Shown in pieces: positions 52,607 through 61,091 of a stretch of 64,000 nucleotides of DNA. The stretch covers positions 10,690-74,689 of the forward strand of contig DBRS01000014.1 of the NCBI GenBank assembly GCA_002306085.1, in the 5' to 3' direction. Position numbers and translations under genes: made by a program. Each line of letters begins with the position of its first letter. Position 1 is the stretch's first letter. Under the pieces are notes generated by a model. The model searched no databases. It saw only the letters and a list, made by a program, of their open reading frames with translations, and had not been told where the DNA came from. Source of the DNA: Candidatus Moranbacteria bacterium UBA1362 (GTDB lineage Bacteria; Patescibacteriota; Minisyncoccia; Moranbacterales; GWC2-37-73).

Positions 52607-52685
52607 TTTTTAAATTTAAATTTTAGACATTATTAAATACAATCGTAGTGAAAATTATGTTCTTCCCGGCAAACCAGCAGAAAAA

Positions 52686-53804
52686 CTATTTTTGAAATAC
52701 AAACGTTTCCCAAAAATCATCTTTTTCTCCGCCCAGACGCCATAGCGCCACCTTTCCAATTCCGTGCCTTTCAAACAGTTCAAGCTTTTTGCAGATACTT
52801 TTTTCATTCTCGGTCCAAACAATGTAACTCCTGCCATTTTTGCGGTACGAAAAATTTACGCTTTTTTCCAATTCATTCCATTTTTGAACTGCTCCGCTGT
52901 CCATCCTTATCTTTTCCGCGTCCTTAATGTTGAGTTCTTCTTCAAGTCCGGTTGCTTTTCCGGACGGCAAAATTTCCCAGGCTTCAGCGTAGAGCGGAAC
53001 ACCGGCAAATATTTTGCTCTTGGAAGCTTTGGCATCGTTTATCGCATACGCGAGAATATCTTTGACCCAGCGCGCCGAAGCGACAGGCCCGGGAGAGCTT
53101 TGCGGATAGTGTTCGCCGTAGAGTTCAAAATACAAATGATCCGCCTTGGATGAAATCAGCCTAAGATCCTGCGCGTGCGAGCCGTTGTCTTCTTTCGGAT
53201 CGTCCTCTGATGTTTTCGGCAGAATTGAAACTCCAAGCATCTTGTTTTTTCTGTGCAGCGCGTCCGCAAGCTCTGACACAAACAGCGAAAACATTTCCTT
53301 CTGATCGGCTTTCATCATCTCATAGCCGATATTTGCGCCGTCGAATCCGTTACTTTCCACAATGGACACAATTTCCCTGATATGTTTTTTTCTCGCGTTT
53401 TCGTTTTCAATTGCCTTTCGAACCCTCTTATGATCCCAATCTGTTTCGGTTTCATAATATTCCGGAAGATTCACAATTGTGGCAAAAACCTTAACTCCTT
53501 TCTTCTGAGCATTCCTCAGCATTGCGATATCTTCTTTTGTATTGTCATATTTTTTGACCGAGCCGTCTTCGTCAAGCTTGTACCAAAAAAATCCCAGATA
53601 ATCTATGTACTGGGAATTTCTTTCAAACGATCTGAACGCATTTTCCTGATCCCAATACGGAACCCACGCCATAACTTCAAAATCCTCAAGTTTGGAACCG
53701 CATTTGATGGCTTCCGATTGCCCCGAAGGATGACGGTAAAAAACCAGCGCAAGCGCCAGAAAAATAAGAGCGGCTATTATTAACAAGACATCATGTCTGG
53801 ACAT
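52686..53804 (-). CDS. GH18 family protein (YaaH/YdhD-like) with an altered catalytic motif
   Basis: AWVPYW, FDGANIGYE, GPVAS, ALWRLG; start taken at MSRHD. Confidence 0.82.
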   Translation of the reverse strand: MSRHDVLLIIAALIFLALALVFYRHPSGQSEAIKCGSKLEDFEVMAWVPYWDQENAFRSFERNSQYIDYLGFFWYKLDEDGSVKKYDNTKEDIAMLRNAQKKGVKVFATIVNLPEYYETETDWDHKRVRKAIENENARKKHIREIVSIVESNGFDGANIGYEMMKADQKEMFSLFVSELADALHRKNKMLGVSILPKTSEDDPKEDNGSHAQDLRLISSKADHLYFELYGEHYPQSSPGPVASARWVKDILAYAINDAKASKSKIFAGVPLYAEAWEILPSGKATGLEEELNIKDAEKIRMDSGAVQKWNELEKSVNFSYRKNGRSYIVWTENEKSICKKLELFERHGIGKVALWRLGGEKDDFWETFVFQK

Positions 53805-53937
53805 CAGGTTTCTGAAAAAATATAAGCACTTCAAAACATAGTACAATATTCGTCGAAAAGACCTTGCGCAACTTTCGCTGAAAAAGAAAAAAGCCTTGCG
53901 ATATCATATGTCGCAAGGCCGTGTTCATCGGCTCGTT

Positions 53938-54141
53938 TCATTTTCCGAGCCGCGCTTGATATTTTGCCGGTTCATTTTCAGGCCAGACTTCCCAAGTCTC
54001 GGGAACTTCGTCTCCGATGTGAAGCTTGAAAAACTCATCCGGAGGCTCGATGAATATCATCCTTCCGTCGCTCCTGCGCTTTGCCAATCCTCCGGCTGAT
54101 GTGCGATAAGTGATATCCTCGCGCGCTTCCTTCCCTTCCAT
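53938..54141 (-). CDS. Small orphan protein
   Basis: AAGGAGGAGG before ATG; 67 aa. Confidence 0.6.
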   Translation of the reverse strand: MEGKEAREDITYRTSAGGLAKRRSDGRMIFIEPPDEFFKLHIGDEVPETWEVWPENEPAKYQARLGK

Positions 54142-54378
54142 ATACCCTCCTCCTTATCTTGCATTTTTGTTAAAGATGCTTCCTGTAACTGAAACATCAG
54201 ATTACCATAAAAATTGTTTTTAGTAAAGCATGACAGTCCAAGCCGATCCAAACACAAAGGCTTTGAAATATTTTCAAAATTCCGCATCCGTCGAAAATGA
54301 AAATACGCCTATTTATTAATGTATTAAAAAAGAGCTAATTGCTTGATCTACAGTTATATTTTATCTCAACCTTCAGCC

Positions 54379-54407
54379 TTGCCAACTGCAGAATCTTTTG
54401 ATATAAT
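54379..54407 (+). promoter_or_regulatory. sigma70 promoter of tRNA-Asn copy A
   Basis: TTGCCA-N17-TATAAT. Confidence 0.7.
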
Positions 54408-54540
54408 GCCTACGTTGCTGAAAAAGCAACATTTTTAAAAATCGAATATTCTGGCGTATCTGCCTGCCGCAGCCAAGACACAACTAAAGAGAAAAATATC
54501 TAAAAAGCTAATGCGGCAAATAACTTTCAAAAAACATTAT

Positions 54541-54612
54541 TCCGGCGTAGCGCAACGGTAGCGCAGGGGACTGTTAATCCCTTGGTTGTAGGTTCGAATC
54601 CTACCGCCGGAG
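54541..54612 (+). tRNA. tRNA-Asn(GTT), intronless (copy A)
   Basis: Acceptor stem TCCGGCG/CGCCGGA; anticodon arm GGGGA-CTGTTAA-TCCCT; GGTTCGAATCC; CCA not encoded. Confidence 0.95.
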
Positions 54613-54749
54613 CACTGAAGTGTACTGTGCGTTCTCGAGTATGTAGTTAAAGGGAGAACGTAGCTCAAATAAAAGCTTTTTATCTTGAAGACGGCAGTTC
54701 TGAAGTAGAAAACTTAAGAGTTGCCGTTTTTCGTTTGCTTCAGAGGCGG

Positions 54750-55490
54750 AAAAGGGGTCAGGTACCTTTTTTCGGCCTTCCTCTTGGAATTAATGTAGAA
54801 ATCAGATTTAGTTTCTCGGCTATGTTTTTTATCCAATTTTCATTCCCATAAGGACGACCTCTTTTAATGGAATAATGTATTTTTTCCAATTTGTCTTCTT
54901 CGTTTTTATCAAGAGTATTAACCCATTCAAGATAACCGTCGGGCATTTCAACCGGCCATTTTGCAAGAAGCTTCTTTTGTTCCTCGTTTCCGTTTTCCCT
55001 GATCCAAAGACTGGACCATTTCCAATCTTGAGCCTTTTCAGTCAATCCGGCCCTCAAAGAATTTCTTTCCACATAACGGCAAACTTGCAAAAAATGATTA
55101 TCTTTTTCAACAAGAAAGGATTTGAATCTTCCCTGATAAACATGCCCGCAACCAATAGTTTTGTAATGGGCATGGTAACGTTGAGTGTGGGTATGAGTTA
55201 TCCATCTCATGAAATTTGACAAATCTTCTCCGTTTTTTGGATATAGCACAAAATGCCAATGGTTTGGCATTATGCAATATGAAAGAATTCGCATCGGATA
55301 CTTTTCCTTCGCTTCAAAAAGTATTTTTTCAAACGCTTCGTAATCTTTTTGTTTTTGAAATATTTTTTCTCTGCCATTGGCACGATTCAAGACATGGTAA
55401 ACCATATCGCCAACAGCTGAGCGTGGTATTCTTGCCATGCTCCAATCATATCACAATATTTATTGATAAAAAAGGTACCTGACCCCTTTT
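54750..55490. mobile_element. RAYT-type HUH transposase gene bounded by 23-bp perfect inverted repeats
   Basis: AAAAGGGGTCAGGTACCTTTTTT at 54750-54772 and its reverse complement at 55468-55490. Confidence 0.8.
54758..55438 (-). CDS. REP-associated tyrosine transposase (Y1/HUH)
   Basis: MARIPR, YHVLNRAN, MPNHWH, QGRFKS, YVERNS, WKWSS, PRGRP. Confidence 0.9.
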   Translation of the reverse strand: MARIPRSAVGDMVYHVLNRANGREKIFQKQKDYEAFEKILFEAKEKYPMRILSYCIMPNHWHFVLYPKNGEDLSNFMRWITHTHTQRYHAHYKTIGCGHVYQGRFKSFLVEKDNHFLQVCRYVERNSLRAGLTEKAQDWKWSSLWIRENGNEEQKKLLAKWPVEMPDGYLEWVNTLDKNEEDKLEKIHYSIKRGRPYGNENWIKNIAEKLNLISTLIPRGRPKKGT

Positions 55491-55553
55491 TCTTTCTCAA
55501 TGTTGAATTGCTTCAAGGCGATGTTCTGCGGATCGGCTCCCGGTATTGTACAA

Positions 55554-56522
55554 CTAGCCAAAAATAACATTAAACAGATATCCCATGACGATTATCCCGA
55601 TAGTGGTTATTCCGAAAAAAATTGCCAGAAGCTGCCATCGCATCACCTTTTTGAGGATCAGTGCTTCAGGCAGTGACAGAGTAACGATTGCAGTCATGAA
55701 AGCTAAGACTGTGCCAAGCGGTGCGCCTTTGCCAACCATTGCATCCATTATTGGAAGAACGCTGACCGAATTGGCATAGAGCGGAACTCCTGACAAAACA
55801 GCCATTGGAACAGTCCACCAAGATTTTGCTGATAAATAATGTTCAACGAAGTTAGCAGGGATAAGACCGTGAATCAAAGCTCCGATTCCGACACCCAAAA
55901 GGACATAGGGAAAAATTTGTTTGGTAATTTTAAATCCATCTGTCCAAAAATATACCATCTGTTGACGAAAAGAAAGTTTATTGCCTCCATTTTCCAGTTC
56001 AACTTGCTTGCGCGATTTGAATTGCATGAGTTCGGGAAGGACATATTTTTCAACTTTTAATTTTTGAATCAACATTCCGCTAATTATTGCAATCGCCAGT
56101 CCGAATAAGTTATATAAAAAGGTTACTTTAATCCCGAAGAGTGCGGGGAAAAGATAGAGCGATGATTCGTTGATCAAAGGAGAGCTTATCAAAAATGCAA
56201 AGGTGATTCCCAAAGGAATGCCCGCACCCATAAAACCGATAAAAAGCGGGATTGATGAGCAGGAACAGAAAGGGGTAACAATCCCCAAAAGGGCGGCAAA
56301 AAGATAATTTAGCCCATACCAACGCTTTTTGGTCAGAATATCCCGTGCTCTTTCCATTGGAAAATAATAACGAGTAATCGCCATTATATAATTGACAACA
56401 ATCAAAAGCAGCCCGATCTTAACCGTGTCGTAAATAAAAAAGTTTATTCCGTCTGAAATTCCGGTATGCTCGGCTAGTTTGAAAACATCATAGGTCAGCC
56501 AATCGGCGAATGTTTTTATCAT
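55554..56522 (-). CDS. ArsP/DUF318 family permease
   Basis: TPFCSCSSIP, FLISSP, GVPLY, LSLPE. Confidence 0.88.
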   Translation of the reverse strand: MIKTFADWLTYDVFKLAEHTGISDGINFFIYDTVKIGLLLIVVNYIMAITRYYFPMERARDILTKKRWYGLNYLFAALLGIVTPFCSCSSIPLFIGFMGAGIPLGITFAFLISSPLINESSLYLFPALFGIKVTFLYNLFGLAIAIISGMLIQKLKVEKYVLPELMQFKSRKQVELENGGNKLSFRQQMVYFWTDGFKITKQIFPYVLLGVGIGALIHGLIPANFVEHYLSAKSWWTVPMAVLSGVPLYANSVSVLPIMDAMVGKGAPLGTVLAFMTAIVTLSLPEALILKKVMRWQLLAIFFGITTIGIIVMGYLFNVIFG

Positions 56523-56528
56523 ATATTG

Positions 56529-57245
56529 TTATAAATTGATTAAATATCTAATAAGGTATTGTAGATAGTAAATTCCAGCTAAAAGAAAAATTGTGGCAAC
56601 GCTATATCGCATTATTTTTTCAATGTTTTCCATTATATTGTAGATTTTTCCCAATTTTCCGATACTAAAAGCCAAAATAAAAGAAAAAGCAATAACGGGC
56701 AGCCCAGTTCCTAATGCAAACAAAGGAGGCAAAAGTAAACCGCCAGTTGATTTAATAACAAGTGGAATAAGTATTCCGAAAAATAATACTCCACTATAAG
56801 GGCAAAAGGCTAAAGCGAAAACAATACCCAATAGCAGTGTTCCAATATGTCCTTTTGTTGCCAGCCATTGTTTAATTTTTTCAATCTTCTCGTTTCTTGA
56901 GCCAATGTTTATTTTAATAATCCCAAACATTACTAATGCAATCAAGACAAGTAGTATTCCCAATACTTTATCGCCCCATCCCTGAAAAATTTTTGCCACC
57001 TGAAAGGAGGAAAGCCCGAAAAAAATAAGACCTGCCAAGAGCATATAGCTTATGCCCCTTCCCAAAGTATAAATAAAACCGCTGACTAGAGTATGCTTGG
57101 CGGTTTTTATTTCTCTGGAAATAAAAGCGATGGCAGTAATATTAGTTGCCAAAGGGCATGGACTGATGGAAGTCATCACTCCCAAGACAAAAGCAGATAG
57201 CAAGGGGATATTATATTGGTCTATTAAGATATTAAAAAATTCCAT
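56529..57245 (-). CDS. ArsG-like / DsbD-CcdA-type membrane protein
   Basis: SPCPLATN, LAFCPYSG, TGLPV. Confidence 0.8.
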   Translation of the reverse strand: MEFFNILIDQYNIPLLSAFVLGVMTSISPCPLATNITAIAFISREIKTAKHTLVSGFIYTLGRGISYMLLAGLIFFGLSSFQVAKIFQGWGDKVLGILLVLIALVMFGIIKINIGSRNEKIEKIKQWLATKGHIGTLLLGIVFALAFCPYSGVLFFGILIPLVIKSTGGLLLPPLFALGTGLPVIAFSFILAFSIGKLGKIYNIMENIEKIMRYSVATIFLLAGIYYLQYLIRYLINL

Positions 57246-57256
57246 ATTTATTCGAA

Positions 57257-57823
57257 TTATTCAATGCAACAATCAATCGCTTTTCTTACGAGATCTCTTA
57301 GTTTTCCGGTAAAACCTGTTGGATTATTGTCGAGCTTGTTAAGCGCATTTTCGTCAATTTTTTTGATTGTTTTTTCAGATTCAACTCCACCGGCTTCTTT
57401 GATGTCATTTGTCCCGATAAGCTTCATATTTAAAGCCCAGAACATTCCATAAAGGTCATAAGATTTTTGGAACAGTTCCTTGGCTTCTTCTTTCTTGCCC
57501 ATTCCCAATTGTTTTGTTCCAACTTCCATAAGCCGCATCGATGCAGCCAGAAGGTGCTTGGAAATGCACCAAACTTCGCCTTCATATTCTTTAATAATTT
57601 TCTGAAGCAAAGACTTGCGCATTTCCCTTACTTCTTTGAGCAAATCAAAATATTCGTCTTTGCCTGTTTTTTCAGCTGTGAAGAAAAAATGTTCCTCAAT
57701 GCTAATAAGATTCATGATGGCAATACTAAGATCTTGATCGGATGATAGATCCATCTTATCCTGTTTCTTCATCTGATCAATTTTTTTCACGAATTCGCTT
57801 AAATTTTTGATTTTGTTTTGCAT
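57257..57823 (-). CDS. Conserved hypothetical protein with a C-terminal CC pair
   Basis: WCISKHLL; ends DCCIE. Confidence 0.7.
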   Translation of the reverse strand: MQNKIKNLSEFVKKIDQMKKQDKMDLSSDQDLSIAIMNLISIEEHFFFTAEKTGKDEYFDLLKEVREMRKSLLQKIIKEYEGEVWCISKHLLAASMRLMEVGTKQLGMGKKEEAKELFQKSYDLYGMFWALNMKLIGTNDIKEAGGVESEKTIKKIDENALNKLDNNPTGFTGKLRDLVRKAIDCCIE

Positions 57824-57827
57824 AATT

Positions 57828-58343
57828 TTATTTAGTTAGAAAATAATAAACGACGCTTAAAATGATTAAAGGTGCAATTGGCATTACCACTTTCTGAAAA
57901 GGAAAGTAGGCGTGTCCGTTATTTTTATCTTTGAGATGAAAATACCAGCTGGCGCCAAACCAAAAAGAAATGCTTCCGGCAATTATGCCGAAAAGCAGTT
58001 TGTCTAGACCGCAGTTACAAAAAGTATTTAAGGGATTGCCAATTATCTTGGAATAATGCAGCGGAATTAAGATTAAGGCATAATATCCTGCAATGTTAGC
58101 GTAAATTCTGCCTTTGAATTTGATATTTTTCTTATCCAGCCAGCTTTCCGTCCAAGCAATCATAGAAACGATCAGCCCTCCGATCCAAAGTCCGGTAATT
58201 GAATCATCTATTCCCAGCCAGCGTGAAAGTCCGACACCGGCGCTGACAGCAATTGTGCAAATTGGACAAACCGCCCATGCTTTTTTGGCAAAAATAACCC
58301 CGACTGTAAAAAACGCTAAAAATAACGCTGATTTTTTATTCAT
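57828..58343 (-). CDS. Membrane protein with CxxC
   Basis: AVCPICT, WLGIDD, FPFQKVV. Confidence 0.7.
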   Translation of the reverse strand: MNKKSALFLAFFTVGVIFAKKAWAVCPICTIAVSAGVGLSRWLGIDDSITGLWIGGLIVSMIAWTESWLDKKNIKFKGRIYANIAGYYALILIPLHYSKIIGNPLNTFCNCGLDKLLFGIIAGSISFWFGASWYFHLKDKNNGHAYFPFQKVVMPIAPLIILSVVYYFLTK

Positions 58344-58754
58344 TTATTTTTCGTAAATTTTTTGTTTGAAAAAAGCAATGATATCTTTGTCGCCACTCAG
58401 GCATTTTTCTCCGTCCCAAAGAAAGGGAATACCTATTGAATCTTTCGGTATTCCACAGGCTCTGGCTTTTTCTTCCAATTGTTTGAAATTGGCTCGGTCG
58501 CGATAGATCTCCTTTTGAGAAAATTTTATTTTTTCATCTACTTTATTTTTTTTGATGTAGTCTTCCACGATCAAACAATGCGGGCAGCCGTCCCCATAGA
58601 AAAAAATTATATTCTCTTCCGATTCCACTTTCTCCTGAACCGGCATCTCGCTTGCCGGCAATTGCTCTGAGCTTTTATCTTTGAAAAAAGCATAAAATGA
58701 AAATATCAGAGTGAAAATGAATAAGACTGTAGGTATAATGATTTTATTTTTCAT
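58344..58754 (-). CDS. Membrane-anchored glutaredoxin-like protein
   Basis: FYGDGCPHC, GIPFLWDG. Confidence 0.8.
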   Translation of the reverse strand: MKNKIIIPTVLFIFTLIFSFYAFFKDKSSEQLPASEMPVQEKVESEENIIFFYGDGCPHCLIVEDYIKKNKVDEKIKFSQKEIYRDRANFKQLEEKARACGIPKDSIGIPFLWDGEKCLSGDKDIIAFFKQKIYEK

Positions 58755-58760
58755 GGTTTT

Positions 58761-59243
58761 TTATAATAAACTTTTTATTTCCGAAACAAGATAATCAGAA
58801 AAAGCCTTTTTGTCGGATATTAGTCTCCAAACCCGGGTGTCTTCTTTGATGTTGTCCTTGCCGTCGATAATCGGATTGATAAAAAGCGATGATCCAGCCG
58901 CCTTAAACTTAGCCGCAATTTCCTTATTTTCCGGCAAATCCACGTTAATTTCTTTGAATTCAATTTTTCCTTCATGCAACTCTAATTGAAAGAATTCCTC
59001 AAGCGTTGCTTTCGTGTATTGACCTATTGTTATGCAGGAATGGCAGCGGTTAGTGGAATGAAACATGTAAACCTGGATTTTTTCCGCCGGTTTTGTTTTT
59101 TGAACTTCAGTCTCCTGAGAATTTTTTTGCGTGTTGATGCTGTCGGACTGAGAATTTTTGTTCGAATTTGCGCTTATATAGATAAGTGCTATGGCAAAAA
59201 ACAAAGCGCTTCCATAAAGCAAATATATCCCTAACTTTTTCAT
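58761..59243 (-). CDS. ArsF-like exported thioredoxin-fold protein
   Basis: YMFHSTNRCHSC, INVD..EN, SSL. Confidence 0.72.
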   Translation of the reverse strand: MKKLGIYLLYGSALFFAIALIYISANSNKNSQSDSINTQKNSQETEVQKTKPAEKIQVYMFHSTNRCHSCITIGQYTKATLEEFFQLELHEGKIEFKEINVDLPENKEIAAKFKAAGSSLFINPIIDGKDNIKEDTRVWRLISDKKAFSDYLVSEIKSLL

Positions 59244-59264
59244 AATATGCTCCTATCTTAATTA

Positions 59265-59552
59265 TTAGCACTTGCAATTGCAAGAACAAGCCCCGGCCTG
59301 ATTGTTTGCTGACATTTTGTAATTTGCCAATATTTCTTTGATTTGATCAACATCAGGCACTGATCCGGCTATGACTACTTTCTCATCCACAATCAAAACT
59401 GGCATGCTCATTACGTTATATTCCATTATTTTTTGAATGTCGGTTATTTTTTCTACCGTCGTTTCCATTTTTAATTCTTCCAGAGCTTTTTTTGTGTTGG
59501 ATTCAAGTTTTTGGCAATTAGGACAGTCAGAGCCTAAGATTTTAATGTTCAT
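59265..59552 (-). CDS. MTH895/ArsE-like small thioredoxin
   Basis: IKILGSDCPNC, VMSMPVL; C-terminal CSCNCKC. Confidence 0.85.
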   Translation of the reverse strand: MNIKILGSDCPNCQKLESNTKKALEELKMETTVEKITDIQKIMEYNVMSMPVLIVDEKVVIAGSVPDVDQIKEILANYKMSANNQAGACSCNCKC

Positions 59553-59557
59553 AACGT

Positions 59558-59866
59558 TTATTTGATTACTTGATTAAAAATTTTCTTATAATCCTTGATA
59601 GCTTTTTTATTAAGGGAATAGCGGATAAAATTTCCTTCCCTTGTTTCATTCAAAAGCCCTATTTTTTTCAGTTGCTTTAGATGGTGGGAAGCCAATTTGT
59701 CTGAGATGCCGATGGCGGGAATTATTTCGCATACGCATTTTGAGCCTCTCTGAAGAACGCAGAGAATTTTCAGTCTGTTTGGATCGGCGATGGCGCGAAG
59801 AAATGAATATGTTTTGGCAACATCATCCGCCTCTTTTGAATTTTTTCCGCAACAATTGAATGACAT
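59558..59866 (-). CDS. ArsR/SmtB family repressor
   Basis: ADPNRLKIL, CVCEI, SHHL; N-terminal CC. Confidence 0.92.
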   Translation of the reverse strand: MSFNCCGKNSKEADDVAKTYSFLRAIADPNRLKILCVLQRGSKCVCEIIPAIGISDKLASHHLKQLKKIGLLNETREGNFIRYSLNKKAIKDYKKIFNQVIK

Positions 59867-60033
59867 AAAAAAACTATTCTAGTTTATATTAGAATAGTAT
59901 AATCTTTTTTTAATTTTGTCAAAAGTTCCGGGCCTGTTGTAACAAAAACAAGGCCTTAACGATCTTGTTTATAAAATACTTCCTATGATAGATATGTTTC
60001 GCAACTTTAATATTAGTCATAGCAAGGAATTGA

Positions 60034-60309
60034 TTAAAATGGTTTAGTGATATTTACGTCATCCACTCTGACTTTGTGAGAAATAATCAAAGACTTCAAA
60101 TGTTCCCTGAATTCTTGCATTGGCACAAGCCCGCTTCGTGCGTTTGTCAAAGCTTGAAATCCATCCGCTTTAGTTAAATTCAATCCGAGAGCCACCACTC
60201 CCATATTGAAACCAAGCTGGATCTTCCGCTCTTCGGATAAATCATCCCACTTGTCTACTTGTGTAAATCGTAGCACTTGTTCACAGGCGTGAATAACAAA
60301 ATCATTCAT
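60034..60309 (-). CDS. Hypothetical protein
   Basis: MNDFVIHACEQVLRF...; start moved from 60378. Confidence 0.55.
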   Translation of the reverse strand: MNDFVIHACEQVLRFTQVDKWDDLSEERKIQLGFNMGVVALGLNLTKADGFQALTNARSGLVPMQEFREHLKSLIISHKVRVDDVNITKPF

Positions 60310-60439
60310 ATTATTTCTTATATCTATAATTATATCATAAAAAGCTTTGGAGTTATATTGGTATAAAAAATAACCCAATAAAAATGGGTTATTTTATCTA
60401 GCTCCGCGAGTAGGACTCGAACCTACAACCAATTGATTA

Positions 60440-60986
60440 CACATTATCTCTTTGTTTCCAAAAAGGGTGGACTATATCATCTCCTTTACAGGAGTGAGGC
60501 GCTTCCCGGAATTTAAAATTCCAGTACTCTCTTGCAAGATAGTCTCTGAACCTTTCCCGGATGATGGGACTTGGCTGCTGATTACCATAATTTCTGCTGA
60601 GAAATGTTAGGCTTCCAGCAATTCACCTCATTCTTCACTTCCAAATTTCTTTGGAAGGCTGCGAATGTTATTATGCAACTCTCTGTGGCAATTTGCGCAT
60701 ACAAGAATGCATTTTTCAACTTCACCTTTCACTCTCTCCCAGCTGCGGGTCAAACCCGATTGGGAAACGCCAAATTCTTTTTTGAAGAATCGGCATGATG
60801 AAATTCCAATGCATCACTGCAACGATCATAGCCACAAAGCGCACACCTACCGCCTCCATATTGAATTGCCATTTCTCTAAGTTTCTTGCGTCTTTTTGAA
60901 ACAGCCTTGATCATATACTCTCGGCGGTCAGCATATTTTCGGGTATCCTTCATATATTTTAATTATAACATGAAGGAACGTGTACC
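60440..60986 (-). ncRNA. Group I intron (547 nt) in the tRNA-Asn anticodon
   Basis: Exon ends in U, intron ends in G; P AATTGCTGGAA, Q AATCAGCAG, R GTTCAGAGACTA, S ATGATATAGTCC; P3 TGAGGTG/CGCCTCA. Confidence 0.92.
60628..60953 (-). pseudogene. Intron-encoded HNH endonuclease interrupted by a -1 frameshift
   Basis: Frame 0: ..CALCGYDRC..LEFHH..SKK; -1 frame continues EFGVS..KCILVCANCHRELH..; shift at A_AAA_AAG (60783-60777). Confidence 0.8.
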
Positions 60987-61062
60987 ACAGTCAACTGCTC
61001 TACCATTGAGCTATCGCGGAATATTTAATTTTAAAAATGTTGCCCAATAAAGCAACAAAAGC

Positions 61063-61091
61063 ATTATAACAAAAGATTGCCTGCTTGGCAA
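61063..61091 (-). promoter_or_regulatory. sigma70 promoter of tRNA-Asn copy B
   Basis: TTGCCA-N17-TATAAT, homologous to the copy A promoter. Confidence 0.72.

Larger units (their letters stand above)
60402..61020 (-). tRNA. tRNA-Asn(GTT), copy B, split by an intron (exons 61020-60987 and 60439-60402)
   Basis: Joined exons give a 72-nt cloverleaf: TCCGCGA/TCGCGGA, GTTGA-CTGT|TAA-TCAAT, GGTTCGAGTCC. Confidence 0.92.
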
